From: a virus
Lineage: Duplodnaviria; Heunggongvirae; Uroviricota; Caudoviricetes
Direction: 5' to 3' (one strand)
Length of the DNA: 64,000 nucleotides
Virus record (IMG/VR): IMGVR_UViG_3300031566_000011
Span: 17,625 to 81,624 of that record
Shown: positions 39,697-47,023 of the stretch, piece by piece
How the letters are laid out: each line of letters starts with the position of its first letter
Position numbering within the stretch: the first letter of the stretch is position 1
Notes under the pieces: model-generated
Database searches by the model: none
Seen by the model: only the letters and a program-made list of their open reading frames with translations
What the model was told of the DNA's origin: nothing
Program-made: the position numbers and the translations under genes

Positions 39697-40065
39697 TTAT
39701 TTCTTCTTATTGCTTCCTTCAAATTCTTGATCTTTTGGTTTAAATATATCCCAAAAAAATACCTTAGTTTCTTTTGCTTGATTTAATTTAGAATATGCCT
39801 CACACTTCAAGCATCTAACTTTTGTGTAAATATATCCACCATTTTGAGCTTTATTTATTTCGAATCTAAACATTCTCTCATCTTCATTCCTACAAACATT
39901 ACATCTATTAGGAATGTTTGCTTTTAAAAATGGTGCTAATTTTATAAAAATTTCATTAATATCTTCTCCTCTGTCATCAGCAGAAACTTGAAAAGTATTT
40001 CCAGCTATATTTGATTGAATTTTAATTTCCATACATATCTCCTTTTTTATATTTATTTTTATCAC
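39697..40065 (-). CDS. hypothetical zinc-ribbon protein
   Basis: CNVCRN…CLKCE motif. 122 aa. Confidence 0.25.
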   Translation of the reverse strand: MIKINIKKEICMEIKIQSNIAGNTFQVSADDRGEDINEIFIKLAPFLKANIPNRCNVCRNEDERMFRFEINKAQNGGYIYTKVRCLKCEAYSKLNQAKETKVFFWDIFKPKDQEFEGSNKKK

Positions 40066-40144
40066 CTTTTTTCACATTATTATTTTTAGTATTTACAAAT
40101 ATTATAATTCAATAAAATACAAATGTCAAGCATTTTCTTTATGA

Positions 40145-40900
40145 CTAATTAAATCCATAATGACTAGTCATATTATTATTTTGTTTTTTGTTTTTTTCAC
40201 ACAAACATTGATTTACATACTCTTCACATTTTGTTTTATTGAACAAAGTAATAGGTCTTATATATATATCCCATTCTGTGCCTTTCCATTTTTCATACTT
40301 GAATTTTATCATATCAAGTATTTCTTGTTCTGTGAATTCTTTTAACCTTGATAAAATATTAGCAATGTTTTGTCCTTGAAATCTATACTTAGTGCCTTTT
40401 AGTTCATTAATATAATCCAATATATTTTTAGCACTTTCTAATGTTTCGTTCTTAACATCACTATATATATTATTTTTAGTATTTTGTAATTCAATGTTTT
40501 GTTTATTAGTATTTAATTGGGTCTGATCATCCATCGGTGGAACATCCATAGGTGGATGATCCATAGGTGGAAAACCACCCTCTGGACAATTAGCCTCTTT
40601 ATCCTTAAGGATTGGCTTTTCGTATATGTTATAAGTATATTCAAAAACACCCTTTATTCCTTGTTTGCGAATAATTTGTAAATACCCATATTTTTTTAAT
40701 TCTTTCAATGTATTTTTTAGTGAAGTTTCATTTTCTTTCATAATTGACACTAACCCATTTATTGAGTAATCCCAATCTTCAGGAAGACTTAACATAACTG
40801 AAAGCAACCCCTTTGATTTTAAAGATATGTTTTTATCTTTTAAATGATAATTTGACATAACCGTAAAATTGTTCGTTTTGTTTACCTTAAATACTGCCAT
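40145..40900 (-). CDS. replication initiation / replisome-organizer protein (DnaD-like winged-HTH)
   Basis: N-terminus NNFTVMSNYHLKDKNISLKSKGLLSVMLSLPEDWDYSINGL and C-terminal …YIRPITLF…KCEEY match the phage replisome organizer/DnaD-like pattern. Pro-rich PPMDHPPMDVPPMD linker. Confidence 0.45.
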   Translation of the reverse strand: MAVFKVNKTNNFTVMSNYHLKDKNISLKSKGLLSVMLSLPEDWDYSINGLVSIMKENETSLKNTLKELKKYGYLQIIRKQGIKGVFEYTYNIYEKPILKDKEANCPEGGFPPMDHPPMDVPPMDDQTQLNTNKQNIELQNTKNNIYSDVKNETLESAKNILDYINELKGTKYRFQGQNIANILSRLKEFTEQEILDMIKFKYEKWKGTEWDIYIRPITLFNKTKCEEYVNQCLCEKNKKQNNNMTSHYGFN

Positions 40901-41005
40901 AATAGCTCCTTTTTTACTTATTTATTATTTTTTAATATTTTTATAGAATATATATTATTTATTTTATTTCAAAAAGTCAACAAAAATACCTTTATTAAAA
41001 AACAC

Positions 41006-41034
41006 TTGACATTTTATAAAAATAGTATTATCAT
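41006..41034 (+). promoter_or_regulatory. sigma70-like promoter for rightward accessory operon
   Basis: TTGACA - 17 nt - TATCAT in the divergent intergenic region. Confidence 0.35.
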
Positions 41035-41065
41035 GTATAAAAATAAGATTATAAAAAGGAAAATT

Positions 41066-41554
41066 ATGCAACCAAAAGAATTACAAGTTTTATATAATGG
41101 TTTAAAAGATAACGGTATAAAGTTTTCAGTATTTTTTGATAAAAGTAAAGATAACATTTTCATGTTAGTTCAAGAAAGTTTTAATTATTGGATTTTATTT
41201 AATATTAATAAAAAGATAAAAAACAAAGTAAATATATCAAAAATATTTTATGAAAAAGGAAGGCTTTTTTTAGAGATTAACGAAGATTCAAAGGTATTCA
41301 TAAATATAGATAAAGAGTTTTTAAAAGAAATAATTTCAGAATATTCAACAAAAAAGGATATATATCTTATATCAAAATTCTTAAACAGAACTGTTTTTGA
41401 TGTAATATTAATGATAATTAGTGGATTAAATTATACAATAGAAAATGATACTATTTTTATAGAATTAGAAGATATTTATAATTTTATAGATATAAAAACT
41501 GAAGAAAAATCTTTTCGTAAGGAATTCACTTGGGAACAATTAATAAAAAAATAA
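41066..41554 (+). CDS. hypothetical protein
   Basis: Start moved to ATG 41066, preceded by AAAGGAAAA. The track ORF begins with TTG inside the promoter. Confidence 0.3.
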   Translation: MQPKELQVLYNGLKDNGIKFSVFFDKSKDNIFMLVQESFNYWILFNINKKIKNKVNISKIFYEKGRLFLEINEDSKVFINIDKEFLKEIISEYSTKKDIYLISKFLNRTVFDVILMIISGLNYTIENDTIFIELEDIYNFIDIKTEEKSFRKEFTWEQLIKK

Positions 41555-41799
41555 TCATTGTTGATATAAATCAACTTTATAGTATATTTAGTATGTTTTC
41601 ACAAACTCTAGATCAAAGTAATATCTTTTTAATTCAGTATAATGATTTTATTTCTATGGTAGTTTGTGGTGCATTTGACAGATTCTTTACTTTTGACTAT
41701 TTTTTCATGAAAGATAATTTACTATATTTGTGTGATTGTGAAATAATTGATGATAAATTTAAAAAAATAAAATGTTTTAAAATTAAGGACAATGAATGA
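41530..41799 (+). CDS. hypothetical protein
   Basis: 89-aa ORF. Confidence 0.2.
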   Translation: MGTINKKIIIVDINQLYSIFSMFSQTLDQSNIFLIQYNDFISMVVCGAFDRFFTFDYFFMKDNLLYLCDCEIIDDKFKKIKCFKIKDNE

Positions 41800-42212
41800 G
41801 CAAAGAAGAACTAGAAAGTAGATACATTAAATTACATAATGAAATAAAAAGCAAAGAACAAGAATTATTTAAACTAGAAAAACAAATAAGAATATTGTAT
41901 AATAATGGTATTAAATTTAAAAGAATAGAATGCTTTAAACAATGTTTCTATTATTTCAATATAGAACAATTAATGCCTAATATTCAGGAAATATATCCTA
42001 AAACTAAGTTTTATAAAAAAGAATTAGATAAAAAAGCAGTTAAGAAATATATATCTAAAAATAAAAATAAATATTCTTTTTTGTATAATAAAAAATTAAA
42101 ACAGTATTTAGAGATAAGAAAGTTTTTATGTGTTTCTGATAAGGAAGTATTAGATTCTATCACAACTAAAAGAGAAAATTCTTTTAAAATAAAAATAAAG
42201 GATCATCAATGA
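41796..42212 (+). CDS. hypothetical protein
   Basis: 138-aa ORF, ATGA overlaps. Confidence 0.25.
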   Translation: MSKEELESRYIKLHNEIKSKEQELFKLEKQIRILYNNGIKFKRIECFKQCFYYFNIEQLMPNIQEIYPKTKFYKKELDKKAVKKYISKNKNKYSFLYNKKLKQYLEIRKFLCVSDKEVLDSITTKRENSFKIKIKDHQ

Positions 42213-43165
42213 AAATAACAGAATCAAAATTAAAGGATGTTATACTTTTTAGGTTAAATCATACCGAACAAGAAACTTTAGAGTTTTTTAGTATAAAATC
42301 TGAATCTTTAAATAGATATATAAGAGAAGCTAAATCTAGGGATATTGTAACAAAAAAACAGATACAATCACTTGACTTATGTAATAAATTAAGTGAGAAA
42401 GAGTTGTATTTAATGCTAAAGAATAAGCATATAGATCAAGTATATAAAACAATAGATATAGTTGGTTCAAAAGATAAATATGTTAAATTTGCTGCCATGT
42501 CTGACACTCATTTTGGATCAAACCATACAGATCCAAGCTATTTTTTAAGTTGTGTTAAGTTTATAGAAGAGCAGGGATGTAGTTTTTTAACTATTGCAGG
42601 AGATGTAACTGAGGGGATGTCTGCTAGACAAGGTCATTGTTATGAAGTCACACACTTAGGATACGAGGCACAAAAAAGGCATTCAAGGGATATGTTGTCA
42701 AATATAAAAATTCCTACCTATATTATTGATGGAAATCATGATAGATGGTTTTTAAAAGCAATTGGAGCTAACATTGTTAAAGATATATCAGAAACTTTAA
42801 GTAATGTTGAATATTTAGGATCTGATGAAGGTGATATAAATATTGATAATATCAAAATAAAAATGTGGCATGGTGGTGATGCAAGCAGTGCTGCATATAG
42901 TTGGAGATTGCAAAAATTAGCATGTAATGCTTTTGAGAATGGGACAATAAAACCTAACATACTATTAGCTGGGCATGTTCATAAGATGGGATATATTTAC
43001 GAAAAAAATATACATTGTGTATCTACAGGAAGCATACAGAAGCAATCTAGCTGGATGAAAGGAAAAGTCTTGACAGCTCATACAGGATTTTTTATAATTG
43101 AGTTTAGATATAATGATAAAGGCATTGTATCTTTTAAACCAGAATGGTTTCCATATTATAAATAA
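42209..43165 (+). CDS. metallophosphoesterase (possibly Mre11/SbcD-like)
   Basis: AAMSDTHFGSNH…IAGDVTEG…DGNHDRW…GHVHK motifs. 318 aa. Confidence 0.5.
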   Translation: MKITESKLKDVILFRLNHTEQETLEFFSIKSESLNRYIREAKSRDIVTKKQIQSLDLCNKLSEKELYLMLKNKHIDQVYKTIDIVGSKDKYVKFAAMSDTHFGSNHTDPSYFLSCVKFIEEQGCSFLTIAGDVTEGMSARQGHCYEVTHLGYEAQKRHSRDMLSNIKIPTYIIDGNHDRWFLKAIGANIVKDISETLSNVEYLGSDEGDINIDNIKIKMWHGGDASSAAYSWRLQKLACNAFENGTIKPNILLAGHVHKMGYIYEKNIHCVSTGSIQKQSSWMKGKVLTAHTGFFIIEFRYNDKGIVSFKPEWFPYYK

Positions 43166-43220
43166 TAAAATTATAGAAGACATTGAATGTAAACTAGAAA
43201 ATAGTTAAGGAGTTTTTAAA

Positions 43221-43283
43221 ATGTCAAATATTAAATTGATACAAGGAAATTGCTTGAACAAGATGAAGGATTATTTAATATGA
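43221..43283 (+). pseudogene. N-terminal remnant of a native N6/N4 DNA methyltransferase
   Basis: MSNIKLIQGNCLNKMKDYLI* parallels the MTase N-terminal pattern (ITLWQGDCLEEMKR in the next gene) but stops after 20 codons. Confidence 0.4.
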
Positions 43284-44095
43284 CAGACAAAGGAGATTTG
43301 GGTTTGCCAACACCTCAGATTACTCTATGGCAAGGCGATTGTTTAGAGGAAATGAAACGTATCCCTGATAGATCAGTGGATATGGTGTTGACAGACCCTC
43401 CATAGCTATATGGAACTACGGCTTGTAAATGGGATTCTATAATATCACTTAAGCCTATGTGGGAACATTTAAATCGCTTGATTAAACCTAGTGGTGCTAT
43501 CGTTATGACAGCTAGTCAGCCATTTACTACCACAATGATAGCGTCTAATATGAAAATGTTTAAGTATTGTTGGTATTGGGAAAAAGAAAGAATTACAAAT
43601 CCTTTACAATGTAAAAGACGTGCTGGTAAAACAATAGAGGAATGTGTTGTTTTTTATAAGAAGCAACCAACATACAATCCTATACGCAGAATACATAAAG
43701 GTAATTTAGTAAAAAATACACCAAAGGGCACACACACTAAAACAAGTGCTTTAAACAAATTAAAAGTTACACCATATATCGACAATGGAACAAGGTATCC
43801 TACACAGATTATTAAATTTAACAGGGATTTAAACAAACTCCATCCTACTCAAAAACCAGTAGCACTAATGGAATACCTAATAAAAACATACACTAATTCT
43901 GGTGAAACAATCTTAGACTTTGCAATGGGGAGCTCCACTACGGCAATCGCTTGTCTCAACACTAAGCGAAGTTTTGTAGGTATTGAAAAAGATGAGCATT
44001 ATTTTCAAGTTGGAAAAGACAGATTAGAAAAACATTTATTAACACTTGACTACACACCCAAAATAAGCTATAATCAAGTAAATAAAAAATTATAA
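43281..44095 (+). pseudogene. DNA methyltransferase (N4/N6 beta-class, PF01555-like) with in-frame TAG replacing the Tyr of DPPY
   Basis: MTDKGDLGLPTPQITLWQGDCLEEMKRIPDRSVDMVLTDPP-TAG-LYGTT…HPTQKP…LDFAMGSSTT…. Single open frame except TAG at 43405-43407. GC-richer than surrounding DNA. Confidence 0.5.
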
Positions 44096-44274
44096 GAGGT
44101 AATATGCTTGAAATAGAAGTATTAAATTTAATATATAAGGTATTTTGGTTTTACAATATTATATATACATTTAAATACTGGGAAGGAATTGAGCATAAAT
44201 TATTTAATTTATTTGTTCCTTACGCTTCAGTTTATGACTTGATTATGAAACTTGGAAAATTTTAAATAAATATC

Positions 44275-44302
44275 TTGACAAATAAATTATAATATATATA
44301 AT
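44275..44302 (+). promoter_or_regulatory. sigma70-like promoter upstream of tRNA-like RNA cluster
   Basis: TTGACA (44275-80) - 16 nt - TATAAT (44297-302). Confidence 0.4.
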
Positions 44303-44358
44303 TGTATATAGATGTTGTTTTATATATTTTCCAAATCATTGGCGTATAATAGAGATAC

Positions 44359-44407
44359 TTCGTCTGATAAACGACAGGTCGTAGGTTCAAATCCTACTAG
44401 ACCACCA
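44359..44407 (+). tRNA. tRNA-Ile(GAU)-like 3' half (positions 27-76)
   Basis: TTCGT-CTGATAA-ACGAC anticodon arm (loop CUGAUAA, anticodon GAU), variable AGGTC, T arm GTAGG-TTCAAAT-CCTAC, TAGACCA + CCA. Confidence 0.5.
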
Positions 44408-44434
44408 AAGTCTATAGCTCAGGTTGGTAGAGCG
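44408..44434 (+). tRNA. tRNA-Ile-like 5' half (positions 1-26)
   Basis: AAGTCTA-TA-GCTC-AGGTTGGTA-GAGC-G. D arm almost identical to the bacterial tRNA-Ile D arm. GTCTA pairs with the TAGAC of the preceding piece. Confidence 0.45.
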
Positions 44435-44530
44435 GTAAAGAGTTCTCTATTATATTGCTATATGGGTTGGAATTTTTTAAAATTAAAAGATAGATAGTGT
44501 ATAATACAAACACTTTAAAAATAAATATAT

Positions 44531-44685
44531 TGTGCAGTGGAGAAATTAGTAGCCTCTTATTGATTCGGTGTTAAGTTGCAACTAACTTGCAAGATAGAGT
44601 AACCTCTGGAACGATGAAGCTGAATACCTCTATGCCGAAGGTAAGATTCAAAGTCAGCGAGTGGGTGCAATTCCCACCTGCACAT
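44531..44685 (+). ncRNA. tRNA-like RNA A (about 155 nt) with about 90-nt insert in the anticodon region
   Basis: 7-bp closing stem TGTGCAG/CTGCACA, D-arm-like GAGA-AATTAGTAG-CCTC, T arm GTGGG-TGCAATT-CCCAC. No contiguous anticodon hairpin. Internal hairpin TTGCAA-CTAAC-TTGCAA. Confidence 0.35.
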
Positions 44686-44712
44686 AATATTTATAATAAC
44701 TCGCCAAGAAAA

Positions 44713-46070
44713 CCGCATGTTCTTTAGACGTGCGGATGAATTGGCGTATTTCTTTCAATTTTTGATGTATTTAAGCACTTAAAAACATTTTTTGCATAAA
44801 ATAACAAAACAACAAGGAAGTCAAGATGTTTGTTAGGTATAATTACCGATTAAAACCAACGCCAGAGCAAGACCAACTGCTACGTCAAGTGGCAGGTAGT
44901 CAACGTTGGCTTTGGAATCACTTTCTTGCACAAGAAATAAAGCAATATAAAAAAGATAAATCGTTTAATTTCTACAATAAAAATGCAGCATCTTTACCAA
45001 GTCTTAAAAAGGATTATGAATGGTTAAAAGATGGACCATCTCAATCCTTACAGCAGACTTTGAAGGATTTGAATAATGCATTGAGTAATTCATTCAAAAA
45101 ACCAGAGCGTGGCTTCCCTAAATTTAAGAAGAAGAAAGAATTTAATGAGACCTTTCGTGTTGTTCAAACCCCTGAGAAATGGAAAGGCAAATACGGACAT
45201 ATCTATATAGATATACCTAAAATTGGTAAAGTGAAATGGAACTACCATCGTTCTTTACCAAATACCTTTAGTACTGCTACTGTATTGCTTGATGGAGATA
45301 AGTGGTATATTAGCATAGTTATAGATGTAGAAACAAAACAGCCTGTTGATATAAAAAATATAAATCAAGTAGTAGGAATTGATTTAAATAGCAAAATGTT
45401 GGTTGTTACATCAGATGGAGAACTAATAGATAACCCTAAGTTCTTCAAACAACAAAAACAACGCATTGCCAAAAAGCAACGCCAAATAAGCAAGAAAACA
45501 AAAGGTTCAAATAGATACAAAAGAAAACAAAAAGAGCTATATAATGCTCATAAAAACGCAAGACATCAAAGAACCAATCATTTACATCAAGTCTCAAATC
45601 AGATAACCAATGATTATGATTTGATTTGCACAGAAGACCTAAACGTAAAAGGAATTCAACAATTTAATGGCACTATAGTTAATGATGCAGGATGGTCCAG
45701 ACTGTTAGAAATGATAAAATATAAATCTTTGTTGAAGGGTAAGCATATGGTACAAATACACCGTTTTGCACCCTCAAGTAAGACTTGCAATCATTGTGGA
45801 ACAATGAAAACCATTAAGTTATCAGAAAGAACATATAGTTGTGAAAATTGTGGAACTACTTTAGATAGGGATATAAATGCCGCACTAAATATACGTGATT
45901 GGGGTTTGTTTGATTTTAATACTCCTGGGACGGGAGAAATTTACGGACGTGGAGATACCTCTGTTGGGGTAGATAAGTCAGGACACTTACCTACTAGATA
46001 CGTATCATTGAATCGTCAAAAGTTCCAAAGCAATATGTCTTTGGAAGCCAAGTGATCTTTAGTCGCTTGG
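44713..46070 (+). mobile_element. IS200/IS605-family tnpB-only element (IS1341-like)
   Basis: LE hairpin CCGCATG-TTCTTTAGA-CGTGCGG (44713-35) and RE hairpin CCAAGTGA-TCTTTAG-TCGCTTGG (46048-70) share the loop motif TCTTTAG. They enclose tnpB. Confidence 0.45.
44826..46055 (+). CDS. tnpB: TnpB (OrfB) RNA-guided nuclease family protein
   Basis: MFVRYNYRLKPTPEQ… N-terminus. RuvC-like core. C-terminal Zn finger CNHCG…CENCG. 409 aa, typical IS605 OrfB. Confidence 0.8.
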   Translation: MFVRYNYRLKPTPEQDQLLRQVAGSQRWLWNHFLAQEIKQYKKDKSFNFYNKNAASLPSLKKDYEWLKDGPSQSLQQTLKDLNNALSNSFKKPERGFPKFKKKKEFNETFRVVQTPEKWKGKYGHIYIDIPKIGKVKWNYHRSLPNTFSTATVLLDGDKWYISIVIDVETKQPVDIKNINQVVGIDLNSKMLVVTSDGELIDNPKFFKQQKQRIAKKQRQISKKTKGSNRYKRKQKELYNAHKNARHQRTNHLHQVSNQITNDYDLICTEDLNVKGIQQFNGTIVNDAGWSRLLEMIKYKSLLKGKHMVQIHRFAPSSKTCNHCGTMKTIKLSERTYSCENCGTTLDRDINAALNIRDWGLFDFNTPGTGEIYGRGDTSVGVDKSGHLPTRYVSLNRQKFQSNMSLEAK

Positions 46071-46108
46071 TAGTTCACATGCACTTGAAATATAACTAAA
46101 GGAATATT

Positions 46109-46369
46109 ATGAAAAAAAATAAAAAAGAAATATTAAAAAAAATAACAAAAACAGAAGTATTTGAAAATATCAAGAAGGCTATTTTTCTTGGTGTTATTAT
46201 TAGCTATATTTTATATTATACAGGAAATAAGAATTCATTAGATATAAAGAGTATTATTAAATTACAGGCATTTATTTATTGTTTAGATGTATTTATAGAA
46301 TATAATATAAAATATATCATTGCGATATATTCAACAATAAAAGAAAGTTTATATATTGATAAAGAATAG
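46109..46369 (+). CDS. hypothetical small membrane protein
   Basis: 86 aa with TM segment AIFLGVIISYILYYTG. Confidence 0.25.
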   Translation: MKKNKKEILKKITKTEVFENIKKAIFLGVIISYILYYTGNKNSLDIKSIIKLQAFIYCLDVFIEYNIKYIIAIYSTIKESLYIDKE

Positions 46370-46409
46370 GATTGTAGCTCAATGGTAGAGCATTACACTG
46401 TTAATGTGG
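46368..46409 (+). tRNA. tRNA-Asn(GUU) 5' fragment (acceptor-5', D arm, anticodon arm; no T arm or 3' end)
   Basis: AGGATTG-TA-GCTC-AATGGTA-GAGC-A-TTACA-CTGTTAA-TGTGG. Canonical through the anticodon arm, then runs into the methylase fragment ORF. Confidence 0.4.
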
Positions 46410-46742
46410 TGGTTGAAAACTAACAAAGATGGTTCTCCCTTCTTTGGAATAGGATATTATGCCAAGTCAAACCAAGAAGTTTGTTTATTAGCCGTAAAAG
46501 GGAAGGGGCATTCTTTAGTCAAATCAAATAGCGTGTCAAGTTTTGTTAGTACAAACAGAACTAAACATAGCGAAAAGCCACAAATATTCAGGGATAAAAT
46601 TGTTGAGCTGTTCGGTGATTTACCACGAATAGAACTTTTTGCCAGACAAAAGACAGAAGGTTGGGATGCATTAGGATTTGATATTGATGGAAAAGACATA
46701 AAAGAAAGCATACAACTACTTGCACAAAATAAATCTTTGTGA
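46404..46742 (+). pseudogene. MT-A70-family adenine methyltransferase, C-terminal fragment
   Basis: …GIGYYAKSNQEVCLLAVKGKG…KHSEKPQIFRDKIVELFGDLPRIELFARQKTEGWDALG matches the MT-A70 C-terminal pattern. The DPPW catalytic N-terminal half is absent. Confidence 0.45.
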
Positions 46743-46794
46743 TATATTGAGTGTGTTATATGGAAACCAACAATCACAAGGAGCTTGGGATGAT

Positions 46795-46899
46795 ATGAAG
46801 AAAATATTATACGATTTAAAAGAAATCTTAATAATATCGGTAATTTTAGCTTTAGCAATCGTCTATTGTTATTTAAAAATTAAAGGATTAAAATTATGA
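46795..46899 (+). CDS. small hydrophobic peptide (34 aa)
   Basis: MKKILYDLKEILIISVILALAIVYCYLKIKGLKL with RBS AAGGAG. Confidence 0.2.
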   Translation: MKKILYDLKEILIISVILALAIVYCYLKIKGLKL

Positions 46900-47023
46900 A
46901 AAAGATTTAGGATTTATCAAATATTTAATAAAGGAGAAAAATAGTATCTTAGTTTTCTAAAAAAAGGAGGTTTTAACTGCTTATGAAAATCCAACAAAAT
47001 CAAAAGAAATCGGTTGAAATCGC

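Larger units (their letters stand above)
44345..44454 (+). ncRNA. circularly permuted tRNA-Ile(GAU)-like gene: 3' half followed by 5' half, enclosed by 11-bp inverted repeat
   Basis: 44345-55 TATAATAGAGA is the exact reverse complement of 44444-54 TCTCTATTATA. Between them lie the anticodon arm + T arm + acceptor-3' and then acceptor-5' + D arm of a tRNA-Ile-like sequence. Confidence 0.4.

Noticed and set aside
44312-44497. 61-aa ORF (MLFYIFSKSLAYNRDTSSDKRQVVGSNPTRPPKSIAQVGRAVKS…) as a protein-coding gene
   Set aside because: It is laid directly over the tRNA-Ile-like halves and their flanking inverted repeat. Its amino-acid sequence is just a translation of tRNA arms (GSNPTRPP = T arm). There is no RBS.
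44531-44685. RNA A or B as tmRNA or as carrier of an amber-suppressor (CUA) anticodon
   Set aside because: It is far too short for tmRNA and there is no tag-peptide frame. CTA triplets occur in loops (CTAAC, TTCTAAC) but not in a canonical 7-nt anticodon loop with U33 and a 5-bp stem.
46404-46742. Treating MWWLKTNKDG… as the true start of a complete small methylase
   Set aside because: The first 14 codons are a translation of tRNA-Asn anticodon and variable-region sequence. Homology to MT-A70 proteins begins only at …GIGYYAKSNQEVCLL. The catalytic DPPW half is missing.
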